Positions 1 to 15,155 are shown, counted from the first letter of the whole stretch. The stretch is 52,885 bases of DNA, filler included, from Catajapyx aquilonaris (GCA_000934665.2; 2 parts of 2 records of this genome joined end to end with filler, not necessarily neighbours in it); one strand, 5' to 3'. Made by a program: numbers and translations. Notes: generated by a model not told the origin, from the letters alone.

Positions 1-382
1 GGCACCCATTTCACAATTCAGTGTCAATCAGCAGCACCTTGCAGTAAATATGAAATTCCCAACATTTGTTTCCAAACAACTAATCCCTTTGGATTAGCTA
101 ACGATCCACGTTCCACAACAGACAGCACAGTCATATCGACATGTGGACATTGGAAATCATTACAGAGTTCGTGACGGATTCAATATTGTCATATCATACC
201 TATATATGAGCACTGCGAATGGACGATTCTAGTGACGAAAAATGCGACGTAACCTTTGATTGGGCAAAGATTACCAACAGTGATGCTAATGCATTGGCAT
301 TGGCGTGAAACTGACATGTTGCAATGCAATTTGAGCATCAGGATAGACTTATGCATATTTAGCCTGGTAATGATAATTTCAG

Positions 383-1205
383 GGCCCTGCACATGAAAGA
401 GCATCCGGACTACAAGTACCGGCCTCGTCGCAAGCCCAAGGCTCAGATGAAGAAGGAGGTGGGTCGGTACCCCCTCCCGCTGCCCATGCTGACCTCTGGC
501 CTGGACCACTTGCACTCCGTCCCCAGACCCTTCCTCCCTGGCCTCCCTGGACCACCCCTCCTGCACCACCACGATGCGGACAAGCAGCGAGACCCTTTCG
601 CCCGGACATTCTTCCACCCACTCTCCCTTCCCCCACATCCCCTCTACCCACCATTGGACCCTGCCACTCTGGCCAAGCTGACAGTGCCCTCCACCTCCTC
701 CGGGTTCGACACCTCCGTGGCCCTGGCCAAGCTCAGAGAAGAGACGGCCGTCCTTCGGAAGCTCCGAGACGAGATCATGACGTCCTCTACCATGCCCTCT
801 CTCACCACATCCTCCTCTCCACCATCATCCTCATCCCCACACAACTCTGCATCTTCCCCAACCCCACCCGCTGCAGCCACCACTACCACCACATCCTCTT
901 CCTCATCTTCCTCCTCCACATCCGTCACCCCGACATCCGTGGTGTCCAAGGGAGGTGACACACCTCTGGCCACCCCGGCAGCCCTCTACGCCAGCAGCTC
1001 CATCTACTCAGGGTTTATGGGGCCCTCCTACCCGGGGCTGGGCTCCTACATGGTTGGATGCGGGTGTGGCCCAGGCTGCAACCCCGCTGCCCCTGAGGTC
1101 AAGCGCCCCGTGGCATACCTACTGGTCAAACCTGACGAATATGGGTCAGCGGCGCATGTCACCTCCTCGGCCGCCTCTCTTCCGACAGCACCTGCGGTCA
1201 TCTGA
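383..1205 (+). CDS. Sox21: SoxB-group HMG-box transcription factor (Sox21/Dichaete-like), terminal coding exon; upstream exons outside the window
   Basis: Acceptor tttcAG at 381-382 (phase 2), then (R)ALHMKEHPDYKYRPRRKPK, the end of a SoxB HMG box. Also a DPATLAKL motif, a Ser/Thr/Pro-rich region, C-terminal KRPVAYLLVKP and TGA at 1203-1205. An intron inside the HMG box fits arthropod Sox21a/b better than the usually intronless Dichaete/SoxN; the paralog is not resolved. Confidence 0.9.
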
Positions 1206-2474
1206 GCATGGCACCAGCTCCATAGGCAGGCATCCTACAGCCCATGGACGCTCATGAATTTCAAGTGATCGCAGCTGCAGCACTCGGTCCCAATGAGTTT
1301 GAATCCGCTCAGTTGGATACGACAAGTTGGATTTCTTGTGCCGCTCGTCACCTCACATGCTGCATTATTGTCCAACATGTCGTACCCACCTCCGTCCATC
1401 ATGGATCAGACTCATCGGGTTACTCCGCACTTACGGAAGGGTGCAGGCTCGTAATATTAAACTGAAAGCAGCACTTGGTCGTGTCAACCTTCGCTCATGG
1501 CGCAAAACATCAGCCAATGTCACTGACACTGGTCATCTTGTTTCTTTTAGGCTTTTAGGCTGACTGCTTGCCAATTTTATAGGCTTTTTTTGTTTCTAAT
1601 ACCAGTTATGTCTACTCTGTATGCTGCTCTCGCATTCTACTTACATCATGCCCGTTTACAGTAAAATAATTGCAAAACTCGATACTTGATGCTTATATAG
1701 AGTGCTGATGATGCAGTCATTATGTCTTGTTTCTATCCAAGTAATGTTCCGGTGCAACTGTGGCAAAAGTATTTGTAGGCCTAGAAAAGTGCTAAGTGAT
1801 CTGAACGATTTACTGAAAATCTCAATGACTTTGACTTAATAGTACAGTTTGGCAAACGGATAATAATTATGTGAAGGCCACTTTTTAAAAGTCAAGTTTG
1901 AAACGCAGTATGTAATATTGGATACACATATCAGCGGAAGAGGCTCCCAAGTCTATTGCTATACACGCTGAACACAAGTCGATGCATGATAAAACTTGAA
2001 TTATTATAGTGGCCTGTTCCCTCCTAAACTCTCGATATTTATTTCTCGGGTTGAAATAATCATGATTTCGACCTGAACGGCATAATTCTCATTTTGATAT
2101 ATCTGCGGAGAGGAAAATGAGGTTGCGGATGTTGCAACAACCTTTTGCGTTTTCACAAGTTGTCTAATATTGTTCATTAATCATTTTTAATTAACCCGCT
2201 AGTATTGACTACCAAGGTCTATCGTTGTCGATGTGCAATAGCCTCCTATAGAGAGGCGGAAAAAAATCAGTGGTTCCAAAGAGGACTTTTGAAGTCTATT
2301 TCACCCGCATGATTGGTGTACTTTTAGAGTGCGACTGATAACCGTATTATTAGTGATTGTTTCTAACCTTTCTTCCGTGGACCATACAAATTATTATTAT
2401 TTGTTTGCGATAAGCGCACCAAGAAAATAATTAAGCTGCATATGGTACGTTCTTCGTGTATTATGTGATCTGTA

Positions 2475-2480
2475 AATAAA
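2475..2480 (+). terminator. Candidate polyadenylation signal of the Sox gene (3' UTR about 1.3 kb)
   Basis: AATAAA followed directly by a GT-rich (GTT)n tract at the end of an AT-rich UTR-like stretch. Confidence 0.55.
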
Positions 2481-5400
2481 AGTGTTGTTGTTGTTGTTGT
2501 TTACATCACGCATATTTTTTTCAACAATTTATTCTTATATACAGGCAGGTACAGTACAAGTTTCAGTCTCGGTTCCACAAAGAGAAGTCATGCCATATGA
2601 AACAAGAATATTATCTCACGTTATCGGCCAACCACAAAGAAACAACCATCAGAGCAAACAGCTAGATCCTTCGGTAAGTATTGATATAACTTGTGGCCTT
2701 TCTTATCCCCAAGTAGTTTAGCGTGTATCAGATCCGTTCATCTGGTCCTACTGACAACGCCCGATAATAATGCCTCCCCTACTTGAGGACGAGCGACATG
2801 TAAATCAGGCGCCAAATGGCAGGAAGCCTCGCCGATTAGATTGCACAAACAGCTTTTCCTGGCCCATACACCACCCATCACATATGATTACAAGCCGATG
2901 CAGACCAAGGAACTGGCGTAACATAAACCCTGTCCCATCTCCTGAGAATTCAGGTTGATTTAACACCATTGTTGTGGGGGGTTCAAAGACGGCCCGGATT
3001 ATTTTCTGAGGATAATGCAATCGTCTTTCTGGTGCAAATTGACTAATTCGGAGATAAGCCGCATGTTCCCCATCTGCCAGCAATGAGCGGTGGTTTTTGA
3101 CGCACACACTACACGACTCATCCCCACAGGTTTTGTTTGCACGGCAGGGGACATGAAAGCCGCCCAGCCAATCAAATTAATCTTTGGTAGTCAATTAACG
3201 CCGTGTTTTCCACAATTGCGATTTGTTACAAGGCCCCTCTCACACGCTGCGAAAAAATCGGTGGGACCAACTGATCCTATCCAGAGGGTTGTCAATATTG
3301 TTTGGGCAGCCTATAACTTACAGGATACTTGACGGCGAGGTTTTTTTGAAAGGCAGCAATGACAGCATGTAGCGGGTTCCCTTCATGAACCTATTTTCCA
3401 CGTCCATCCCCCCCACACTTTTTCCGACGCTCCCGTCGTTTTGTCGGGGCTGTATCGGTGGTCAGCACTGGACAAAAGCGGGATAATGGGAGACAGAGAG
3501 GCGTGATAGCCTATCGAACACGCGCCGATAACACCGGCAGCCCTAAACAATGGGGAGAAGCCACAGGCAGCGCCATTCCCACGAGAAAACACATAAGTCA
3601 TCGGACCAAAGGCTCTTCAGATCACATCTGCGATATTATGTGTTCACACTTGACTTATCTGCAAATACATAAAATGAGCCTTTGTCCACTTTATCTGACT
3701 TGTTGACCTTTTTTTAAGTCGAGCACTTTATATGAGAGAATGTGATAATAGGAGTCGGACATAATTGAACCGTATAGATGTCACAATAAGTATAAGGAGG
3801 GGGCTCCATCTGAGTTTGATTGGAAATGTTATCGAACTGAAAAGGCGACTCAGGCGTCAGGATCGATTGGAATAGCTTTCGGGCCTTATTGGGGAGCTGA
3901 TAGGGAATTTCTCTGGAAACAGCACAGTTCTCTTCAAGAGTGAAAGTGTCGCCGTTCTCAAATAAAAAGAAAGTTATGGCTTACCAATACAGCCCATTTC
4001 TTACAGATATGTCGACTCTATTTAATTGAAGATTTTTTAAAGCCGCCATTTCCGCTGCCAGAATAGATATCCTGCTGGATGGCAAAAGGGACCCGCTCTT
4101 CGAAAATACAAGGTGTATCAATTTCGATTTTGTTTCGATGAATTGCTCCGTCTCAATGATTTCTCTTCATTATTACACGAACCTGACTCAGCATTCAACC
4201 ATTATTAGGCTCTCTAATCTGAACTCTGGCTGTCGACTGCGGGAACAAAACAAAGTATAAAAAGTCGTTAAGAGGATGAATGTATGAAGGGGGGAACTTT
4301 TCTTTGTCCGGACTCTACCGGCAACCGTGACCTCATAAAGCCATGTTTGCTCTTCATTGGCCCAGGTGATAAAATACACGAGAGGCCCACAAAAAGTGAC
4401 GGATACGACTCGGATTGTGCAAACAAAAGCAGATGGAAAGCACCATTGTGGACAAGTCGAGCACTCATCCGGTATGTGCGGAGGGGACATGAGGGGACAG
4501 GAGGAGGTGTGGGAGTGATGCGCCTGCAGGATTCGATCAGTCTTTTTTTTAAAGTGCTATTTTCACTGGCAGCTAATTGCAATGTCGATATATCTGCAGA
4601 ATCTGAACAGAATATTTCGGGATGCCATTTTAGAAACATGGTGTGTAATAAAAGAATAAAATTCCCTGTAGCAAACCTGCAGTAGTCGAGGTCCCCACCA
4701 TGCAGTGTGAAAGAATTTCAGCTCTCCTGCTTCCCTTTTCCATAATATATTTCCCCCTCCTCGTACCTGCATCACGTAGGACGTGTCCAGACTCATCTCG
4801 CAGTCGCCTATTCGGTTCGGACAAAAGAGGCGCCGCTCCCAAATCCGACCTGGCATTTCCTCGGTCGAGGGCATTCACTATTCATGCCTGCCAACCCGAG
4901 ACTTTTCGCACTTGTTTTTCAACCAGTTATAGAAAAGCTTCTGTTGGGGACGAGCAGTAGGAAAAAAAAAAGCTCCAATATTTTTATAGTCAACGCTTTC
5001 TGTAACGAGGCTGTCCTAGAATTCATTAATTTAAAGCGAAGGTCTCCTAGCTACTCGGCGTGATGCAGAAAAAATAGGGTTGTGCACTCATGATGCATGG
5101 TGCCTAGAAAAATGATTCAAAATGCACAGCTCTTGGTTACCAAAAAATGTAAAGTTACACACAAGCAGACTGAATATACAGTGTTTGCAATGTTACATGG
5201 CATGAACTTATTGTTTTACTGTACACTGTGCACACGGCATGCAGCACTTGATATTGTAGCAATATGAGTTGTTGGGAAATTTTGATAAATTTCACCAAAC
5301 TGATGTAATTTTACAAATTCTTTGACTGCCTTACTGAGTAGGGCTACTCAAAATAATCGATGAAAAGGGAGGCTTCTTTTTTTCCTGAGAGAGGCACCCC

Positions 5401-8400
5401 GACCTATCCCCAACCTCAAACTTTCCTAAGACCTTTATCCTAACCAGTTCTGAAACCGAAATGGCAGACTCGCGTTGCAGTTAGGCTATAGCGTAGGGGC
5501 TACTGATGTTCCCCAATGCTCCTTAGAAACATCAGGTGGCCATTAATCCTATTAATTTGCATTTTGATCGCAAAGGTAAAGACAACATGATCGATTATGG
5601 ATATACTGTACAATGTGGGGAGGTATAACTGAGTTAGTTGCAGTGTATTGTTGTCATTGGAATAAATTGGTTTTTTCAGTGCTTAGCCGGAACTAGAGTA
5701 TGTTAATTCACACTCATACATTAATGTTATTATTTCGCTCCTCTATCGCCGTTACAGTCTAATGTTTTTCAGATTATTTGCGTCTCGACTCTGGCGCACG
5801 TCATTGTATTCTTTTTTACCTATACATTTCTTCTATAGTATCCCCAGCGCTTCCGGTTCAGAATTTAATGATCCAACAGATATATCTTCGCCTAATAATG
5901 CTTCTATACGTAGTGCATTTCCAACCCTCTTGTTGACAAGAAGAAAAGCCTGGCATTTTGTTCACAGCGTATACCTGTTGAGGCTCTTGGGTTGTTATTT
6001 TTAAGCCCATATTTTTCAACTTGTCAGTGATTTCTGATCGATGATACTCATGTATACCTATTTGGTCAAGGTCGAAACGTAAAATGAATGGCGCTTCTAA
6101 TTCAAATTCCAGTTTAATTGGCAATCTTACTATTAGTGCCCACACAATAACCCTTCCAGAAAAATACAAGTAGGATGACCTCATGGTAAGGTTGGCAAGA
6201 GGCTACTCCACAACCACCTACCAACCATACGTCTCTTTCCAGTTGGGCAAGCCAGCAGGAGAGGATTGGATGGTGCAAGAGGGGGGGAAAGGTAAGTGGG
6301 AGGGGGAGGGAGAGAAAAAGAAAGAGGGGAGGGAGGGAGGGAGTAAAAAAAAAAGTTAAGCTGACTCCTTCTGTCCCGACACAGAATACCTTCCCAGTGA
6401 GGCTTATTCCCAGCTCCAGCAGGCGGAAGAATACGGGGAAAAATAGACGAGAATAGGTGTCCTCAATGGTGGTATTGGACGGCATTCAACTCCATTCTGT
6501 CGTCTTCACTATCCCATTGAATCCGGGTGCTGACTCTGAATGCCGCTGAATACGCCCCAATTTTGACGCTCACAATGCCCAAATCACATCGAACAGTTCA
6601 ACAACCGATCCTATTAGGAAACTCCATAATACGGCGCTGATTTGTACAGCCCGGTTTTCTATTTGTCCTTCGGGGGCTTCATTATGGTGCTCACAAAGGC
6701 GCTTCCCTTGACGGCAGTTCGGGGACGGGGGGGGGGGGGGNATAGGTTCCGAAAAGGGTGGTGGTGGGGAGAGGAGGAGCTTAGCGTCTATTTTCCCCTC
6801 GTCGGAAAAGTAATTTTCCATCGTCTTTTGTTTCGCACTTAGTTCCGGTTGGCCGAAACCCAACCCATCCTCCCTTCTATCCCTCCCCACCCTCCCCTCC
6901 ACCCTCCTCTTATAGCCCTCCATGCACCTATGCCACGAGAACAGGTGAGTCGGTTCCGAAAGAGGGAACTCACCTCATCTCCCCATTCATATTTTCCCAT
7001 TCTTATTCATCGATCAACTCTTCTTCTTTCATTTATTATTTCGATCAGGATTCACTACCATGCGGATTGAAAATGTTTAAAAAAAATTAAATTGAATACT
7101 CTACATACGTGAAGGCATATTAATTTATGGTGAAGCTATCAGATCCTACACAATTGCTCCACGAATGATTCAACACTATTGGATAGCATAAAAAGTCAGT
7201 GTCTGCAACTATTCGGTCCCATCGGACCAAAACAGCTGTTTTCAGAGCTGACACTGCCATCATTGCAGTAAATAGTTGCTGTTGATGAATAAAATTGCGC
7301 CTCCCCCCCCCCCCACACAACAGCGCTAACAATTTGTCCAAATCAATGGACTAAATAATTTCCGTTCATAAAACTTCAGATCCGTATGATTTTAGGTCTG
7401 GTGGAACTGTAATAAACGATCGAAGAGCAAAATTGAAACACCATGATAAAAAAAAACCGAGGGAGAGAGAGTGAAGGGAATAGTAGGGGGGCATGGGGGT
7501 ATATGTATAGCCCATAAATGTGCTCCGGAAGGTTTTGTGGTGGTCCTGACAGACACAAACACAGGGAAAATAAAATTCGGCTACAATATTGAAACGTATT
7601 CTTTTCCCCTTAAAAAGGGTCCGGAAAAAGCATCGGCGGGGAGTCCATTAAATTCCATGATTTCTGCTCTGTGCCTGTAGTGGTAATGGCATTAACCAAC
7701 AGCAGGAACGGGCACAATTTCCCTTTTCCACCTCTCCCCTACTCCCACCCCCTCCCTACACTCCCAAATACCCCACCATCCCCCCTCCCCCCCTCACAGT
7801 AGAAAATCCCTCCCGACGAAATTCAAAACGGTTTTTGGAATTGAAAGAAACGGCAAACCTTTCATATCCCAGCGTATACAGAACGACTCATGCTTTTGTG
7901 TGCTCCTGATTACAATTTGTTCTCCTTTCACAACCACAACCGATGCTCGTGTGTGAGTGGGCTTTGGCTGAAGTAGGGGCGAGGGCAGGTTTCCTCCCTG
8001 CAAAAAGGGTGACTGATTTTCTGCCAAGTGAAATATGGACCTACTCCTGAAGTTACTCCCTAAAGCAATAAATCCTAAGTCGAGACTGGCTCAGAAAATT
8101 GAGTGGTTTATTCCAGTCTGGGTGCTGCTCGGATTCGAATAATTGTTGGTGATCAACTGCAGAGGGCACGGCCGTCGCTCAATTTTGGCGCAATATTTTA
8201 AAAATGTACTCCTGATACTTATTATAACGCTGTGAGCAATATGTAAAATTGTTTGCAAGAGAGAGGCACTCAATATAAGTACACATATGCCATGCCATTT
8301 TGATCATATATATACAGCATTCAAAACAAATTCAATACAACATTAACCAAAACCAATGGCTGAAAATGACCAATTTGTAGTCGTCCTTGCAGAGTAGATT

Positions 8401-11400
8401 GATGCAGATTGTACAAGGTCTTCTCTTTTCCCGCCAAGCAACTCAATCCGCACTAAACTTTGTCCACAATAACTCTCTCAGGGGGGACACATCAAACAAT
8501 AAATCGAGAGGGGGTTTTCTACTCCCTCCCTGCTCCCTCCCCCCCGCAATCCGCAACCCCCGGCGAATTCAATCACTGCCTTTTATTGTCCCCAACTCCC
8601 ACTCTAATGGGCTTGTGACAACTTAAACAAAGCACTGGTTTAAAAACCTCCCCACCCCCCGGACACCCTCCCCTCCCCAGCAACTCCCCTGCTGTCCCCA
8701 CCCTCTGTCCTCGGCCATCCAAAAAACCGGACACGTTGGGGAAAAGAGACGCCTCCGCACAGTGACAAATCAATGAAGTCGCGATTGCCCCCAGTTCCAA
8801 CTCTTCATTGGGGCAAGTGTCGGGTTCTCTCTTCAACCAGCCAAACTCACACTTCTTTTTACAGGAGTAAATTGTGTGGAAAATAAGTCTCCTGCTGAGC
8901 TGAGGCTCCATACAACACCAGGTTCTTTAACATCAATTAAGGTATTTTGAAGGTGTAATATTGTCACCTTATGAGAAGCTGTTATATGCAGCCTTTGAAA
9001 TGGTGGGAGACAAAAGTTGGGTTGGAAAGGTTTTCCTGTTGGTTGGACTGCCTCTTTCATGGCGTTTCGAGGGGTGATCAAAAAGCTTGAGGAACTTTGT
9101 TCGGTGATGTGTGCCAATCAACTTGGTGTTGCTGACAAAGATGATGGTGGAACAATAATGGCTCCTTCATGGGGGGTTCTATGACTCGATGTAAATAAAT
9201 GCGCGTTAGATGGTTCGCATGAATTTCGCGGAATCGAAAAAAAGAAAGTAGAAATTGTCAATTAGGAGCGCTTGTGAAAATGACGTAAATCTGATGAAAA
9301 CGAGCCGCACGTTTATAGCAAACACTATAGCGTTACAACAAAGCCTATTGCTGGAGCATGTCAACAAGTCCAGATTCTCCATTGTTCCTCCGGGCTATAT
9401 ATTATGTGGTTCTGCGTAAAACTCTGACAAATGATTTTGAAATTAACAGTGTACTGTCGCAGTCAACAAACCAGTCCTATACAATATGACAAATGGCACG
9501 AAAGTTATATAATTTCTAATATAAAGGCATTTGCACCAGGGGGCAAGAAATATGAACAGACATAATTATTATATAGACATCAAAGACCACGCAATGGCTG
9601 CTTCTTGTGATATCTAAGACGTGGAACACTCAACTGCTTGATTAATATTATCAATGCGCAAACAATGTACCGCAATAACATGTGGCTACTCAGAAACTCT
9701 GCAACACTCTATTTACAGAAGTCTTTGATCAGTTAATGACCAGTGATGAGGGTGATCCATAGAAAACATTCTAATCTTCTCCCCTAAACTATGGCCACAT
9801 TGCTAAATCTTCTTGTGTTTCATGCTGGCAAGCCTAATATAATAGAGGCCGGACTTTCCAGACTCTGCCCTTGTGTGGATGGATGCAAACCTTCCAGGAT
9901 ACGATATCCCATTTATATCTTGGTAAGTAGGATGCGGCCGGACAAAATTACCCCTTATAAAGTGACCCTCTGGTCCACATAGGGTCATCCTCAAAGTTTG
10001 TGAGTATCTTTCTGAAACACCCTGTATAATAGTAACTTTCCGGAAAGCCGACAAAGTCACCTTAGCATCCACTCATAATTCCACAAAACATTGTAAAACT
10101 TCAACTCGTTCACAAGGAGCGGGTATAATGCAATCGCTGTAACTTCGCGGTATAGGCTATCGCAGTCATTTTCAGGGCAAGGTATTATAAAACCTATACA
10201 TAGCAGGTTTACGTAACAGCGATTAATTTTAAAAAATTTCAGCGAATCAGACGCAATAATAATATTCATACATCAGTGTTCGTGTTTATGCAATGTTAAA
10301 TTATTCGTCATATGAAACTAGAACTTAATTTTTGGTCCAATAATATTATGAGCATGGTTGGGTTCTTCCCATATCCGGCGGCGATGGGCAACAATCAACA
10401 TACTATTTAAATTTTTATAATCGGAGTTAATATTCCAAACTGATGAGCTGAATTGAGTCCCTATTCATATTCCCATATTCTAATGGAATAAAATTGAAAA
10501 TATAATGTAAAATAATTAACTCGAATTGATTGATTTCATTTTATTTGAAACATGGAACTGATCGGAATTGAACCCAGTTCGGATACGAATTGACCCATGA
10601 AATTCAAAGATCGGCACCAACCAATTCAAAATTAATCAAGTTGCATGTTTAAAATCCTTCAGAACTTGTGTAGCGTCACCATTTTATTCAACTTGCTATG
10701 GGGCAATAATTGAGGATTATTCGACAGGCCATTAACACTGGGAGTATATTCATGAAAGAACGAGTATCCGCATCAATCATATTTAGCGGATACCAAGTGT
10801 TTTTCCTGTTCTTGTGCAAAACGTATATAATTCAGCTTCGATCTACAAGTGTATATAATCTACTATCTACAGTACATGCAGTGTGAATCCACCTGGTATA
10901 CGCCAGAGAATGTAGTATGTCCACAACCCAGCAGAAGCTTCTCCGTCAGAAAGGAAGGAATATCGGGAATGCGGGCAGAGTCTATAGAGCGAGGTGTTGG
11001 TTTATATGGCAAAGACGAGTCAGTGGTGGTCCGATAAGGGCCGATGATGAGGAGCCTCCCGCACGCAGTAGCCCTATTCCAACCCATCCCGAACCATCCG
11101 GTGGCCAATTATAAGCCGTTGCATGGCCGCAGGGCAGGCCACAAAGCGCCGGAAAGAGGAGCCCGATATCTAGGTGGGGGTTTCTCTAAGAACGACCTGC
11201 TGGCATCAAGTCCTTATGTATTGACCCGACTTTAGGTTGGTGGAAAGGGAGGGAGAGAGGGGTGCTGGTGGGTGGTGGGAGGAGGGTCACGGAAGCGACA
11301 GTCTAGAATGCGGATTAGGCCCGGGCTCATTTTCCATCCCCCAAGCACCCGGCGTCAAACAATCCATCGGGCCTCACAAAGGACTGGGATTAATCGGCGT

Positions 11401-11657
11401 ACTGCCTGGGAAGGAAGATAGACCCAAACCCTGGCCGCATCAAAATTTCCTTATGTAGGATTTTCTGCCTTGTTTTGTGGCCCCACGCTTCATGCCGCGG
11501 ATATCTGATCCGTCCGCTGCCGACGACGCTTTTCATCCATAGCCTCTAATCCGATACTGTTTTCCTATATATACCCAGCTGTCAGCCTTAATGTTCATAT
11601 TGTGAAATTCCCGTTCTCTTGCCTTTTAGGGTAGGCATATTCATCACCTGCCTCTGA

Positions 11658-11738
11658 CGTGTGTGGTCATTGTGCCGCACAATGACCACACACGCTTTCT
11701 CAATAGAAGTACTGGCAGTACTTCTATTGAGAAAGCGT
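11658..11738. repeat. Two abutting perfect palindromes (37 bp and 47 bp)
   Basis: 18-bp arms around C11676 and 23-bp arms around G11715, overlapping by 3 nt. Confidence 0.95.
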
Positions 11739-14614
11739 AGGAGATTTCACTGAAATATTCTGATACATCTGAGAACAGCCATCCTTAGAGATCATTCCTA
11801 CTATTGCAGATTTTCTCATTTTGTTGGATCCAACTCGTGACTGAGTGCAGAGTTAGCAATCAGTTTGGCGGACTTTTTGAATTACGTGGGCTGTAATGAA
11901 AAGTGCGAATGCACTGCACCCAGCGCCACATTATTTTCCCTCTAGTACAATGCGGTCAGAAAAGTACGGCATAATTGCATGTTTTCACTGCGGAAATTTT
12001 ATTCCAGAATTTTGGTTGTTTTCAGTGAGTGTGCAGTGCTGTTTGCACCCTTTTATCCTGACAGCCATTTCTTAGCCGGCACAATGTTTATGGCTGGATT
12101 TGACAGCAATACGTGCCATACAACACGTATTCCTGACTTTTGTGCTTGGTACAGCGGGGACAATGGCATTTCACCTCAAAGTGCTGACCATAATGAACGT
12201 AAAAATTGTTCCAGAAACTCATTAAAACTTCATTGCGACGATATTACAGACTGCTTTTATGTTTGTGTGGAAAAAACCTTCATGAAAGCTTTCATTCTGC
12301 AAGTCGTCTTGATTTTTTGTTGCTGTTGATGATGTATTATAGGCAGCACAAACAGGTTTCAAACTTTGCGACTTGCTCACCGAAGCTGTAAAGATAACTG
12401 CCATATTGCATAAGCGCAAAGCATTGTGCAGCAAAAATGTCGTTACTTAATCGACTGCAAAAAATTATAATCGAAATATTATTATAAGGAAGAATAAATG
12501 AATAAACAAACAAGAGGAAAATGTTACAATACTTTGACTGATGACGACACCTGGAGATAGATAGATTAAATCTTCCTTCAAACCCCCTCAAAGAGACCTT
12601 CCGTTTCATGAAAGACTAGACCCATACAAGTGGCGGCATTGGGTCTGCAATGTAGGCTACTGTAAGTCGAAGTAAAGGAAGAAAAAAAGGCAGTAGTGCC
12701 CACTCCGGTCTGAAGTGGAGGACTTACTTGGGCCGCACCACTTTGAGCCCCGTCAGATGGTTGCTTTCTTTTCATTTGGCAGCAAGCGAGTGCGAGAGAC
12801 TTAATTGAATCGCGGGCCAGAAGAGACACAGGCCGTCCTTTCATCGTCCCCCCTGTGCGCAAACATTCGGACCAGCATCCAGTTGTGCCAGCCACCAGTT
12901 CTCTTTACTGGGCCACCAATGCCACCCATCCATATCCCTCCTATATACACAACACCACTCCACAAAATCCCCGTAGCACTACTCAAACCCACACTTTCCC
13001 TTATATGCCTCAGCAGGGCGCACTTTTGGTCACCCTGAAGTCCCCCCCTGCCAACCAATGTTGACACAAAGCTTCGTCATTCCTCCAGCACATCCCCATT
13101 TCAATTTAGCCACTTATTCTTCATGGTGCCAATATCATACGCACCTCATAAGGAGGTTTCAGTATTTCTTTTGTTCTTATTGGCCCACTTGTATCACTAG
13201 AGCACGGTTATGTGTGGTACGAATAACTATAATCCTGGTGAACTTAGATAAGTAATGGACCAGTAATGGCTGACTTCTGGGCCTCATCCTTGCAGTGAGG
13301 TAACCCTCAGGCCTTTCCTGGTTCACTAATTGCCGCTCTGTCAGGGGCGGGATCCTGGAGGAAGGAGGCCTTGTCTTTGTCAACTTCACGTGAATGGCGA
13401 TGAGTACATTAAATAGAGCATGTTCGCATTCATCGAGCCAACTCGTGCAGATGAGGGCGAGGCTGAAAACACGAGCTAGAAATGGATGATTTGTCATCAT
13501 TATGTGGCTTTGCTCTTAAATTTACTTTGGGTCAACGTAATCATTTCAAAATACTTGTATACATGACATGCTCTGCGACTGTGATTATAAAATGTCACAT
13601 CTGCCTCAACAATGTGAGCCTGGCGGCATATACAGTATGCATAACGTTTGACATGCCACATATGGCTCGCATTAGTACCAACATAATTATAAAATACACG
13701 AGCTTTGTTTTAACACTGAACAACTCAATAAATAGGTAGGATAAGGTTTTGTCTACTTCATTTTGGTCACTACGCCACATGCAATATTATGACTATGACG
13801 CCTGTGGGCAGGAAAAAATCTCCATAGTCGAATGTACAATGCGCATTTTGAAAATGGACATTTTTGGTTGGATATGGCCAACAAAGACCTTGTGACGCTT
13901 TCACTCAGGGGCATGAAGTGTTTTGTTGACCGCATTTTTTTGTTGTTGTTTTTTTTCTGCCTGCTGGTAGAGTGGGCGAAACAAGAAAATGTTATTTGGA
14001 ATGTCCACAACTGAAGCTGTGGAAGTGATAGCCGCACTGAGGCCTATTGTGATCGGGAGGAAATCCCCTCCCTCTCTAGCACCATAACTCATACCTTTCA
14101 TAACTCATCCCCCAACCAACCCCCATTTATCTCGCGCGGTCAAACGGTCAACCACGATCCGCAGGTGCCTGACAGTTGACCTGACAGGGAATCACACCAC
14201 CACCCCCAAAAAGCCCGCCTGCTACAACACATCACCCTTTTCACATGCTGTCACCCCCCTTCTCTCTTTTTTTCTCCCTCCCTCCCTCTCTAACTCTCCC
14301 CACCTTCCACCACCTCCAACCAACATCCCCTCACGTCAATTTTTCACTGCGATTACACCCTGCCTACAATGGCGTGCTAATAAAGCCAATCCATCAGGAA
14401 GATAAATCGCCCATTATCAACGGGCAACGCTTGTGCATGTATCCCCCGTGTCCTTCCATACACATTGTGCGCCAGGGACCGGAGGAAAGGGGCCCACAAT
14501 GTGACCGTTTACAGTGTCCAGCACCCATGAGTTTCACGGGCCTTCGACCAACACCAAACTCCGACGATGTTCATCAAACTGCATTTCTTGCAAGTGTCAA
14601 ACTGTCCACTTCCG

Positions 14615-14674
<60 letters not shown>
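14615..14674. repeat. (ATT)n microsatellite
   Basis: About 20 perfect units. Confidence 0.97.
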
Positions 14675-15083
14675 GCTACTACTATCACCGACCTGTGACC
14701 TTTCCCTGTCGCACCTTCCCGGGTCCAAATTATCCATAGGAGGCAGAGATAAGGTGGGATTCCTTTGATCGAACATGAATTGTGAAAGGAATGGAAGCCA
14801 TCTTGGAATGAAAATGAGGGAGCAAAGTATCGATACGATGAATATGACGTCACATATCGATATATTTTGTATGCGTCATATCGATGGTACATCCGGGGTT
14901 CCTGCTTTTCTGCCTTTTTGCCTCCTGCGGAGAAGGATGAGCTTGGAGATCAAGTCCAATGTGCTAAAAACCTTCCCCGTTAAAAACTACCCCTAATGAT
15001 CCCACTGGGGCATATGTCGAGGCCTCCGTATTGATTTGCATCGGGAACGTACAGACATACGTCGGGATATATGCATAAGATGA

Positions 15084-15154
<71 letters not shown>
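15084..15154. repeat. (ATT)n microsatellite
   Basis: About 23 perfect units. Confidence 0.97.

Positions 15155-15155
<1 letters not shown>

Noticed and set aside
189..1257. ORFs overlapping the Sox exon in other frames or antisense
   Set aside because: Shadows of a GC-rich, low-complexity coding exon.
5740..6184. Coding-like minus-strand stretch (108-aa ORF)
   Set aside because: No recognisable domain and adjacent frames are interrupted by stops; at most a decayed TE fragment.
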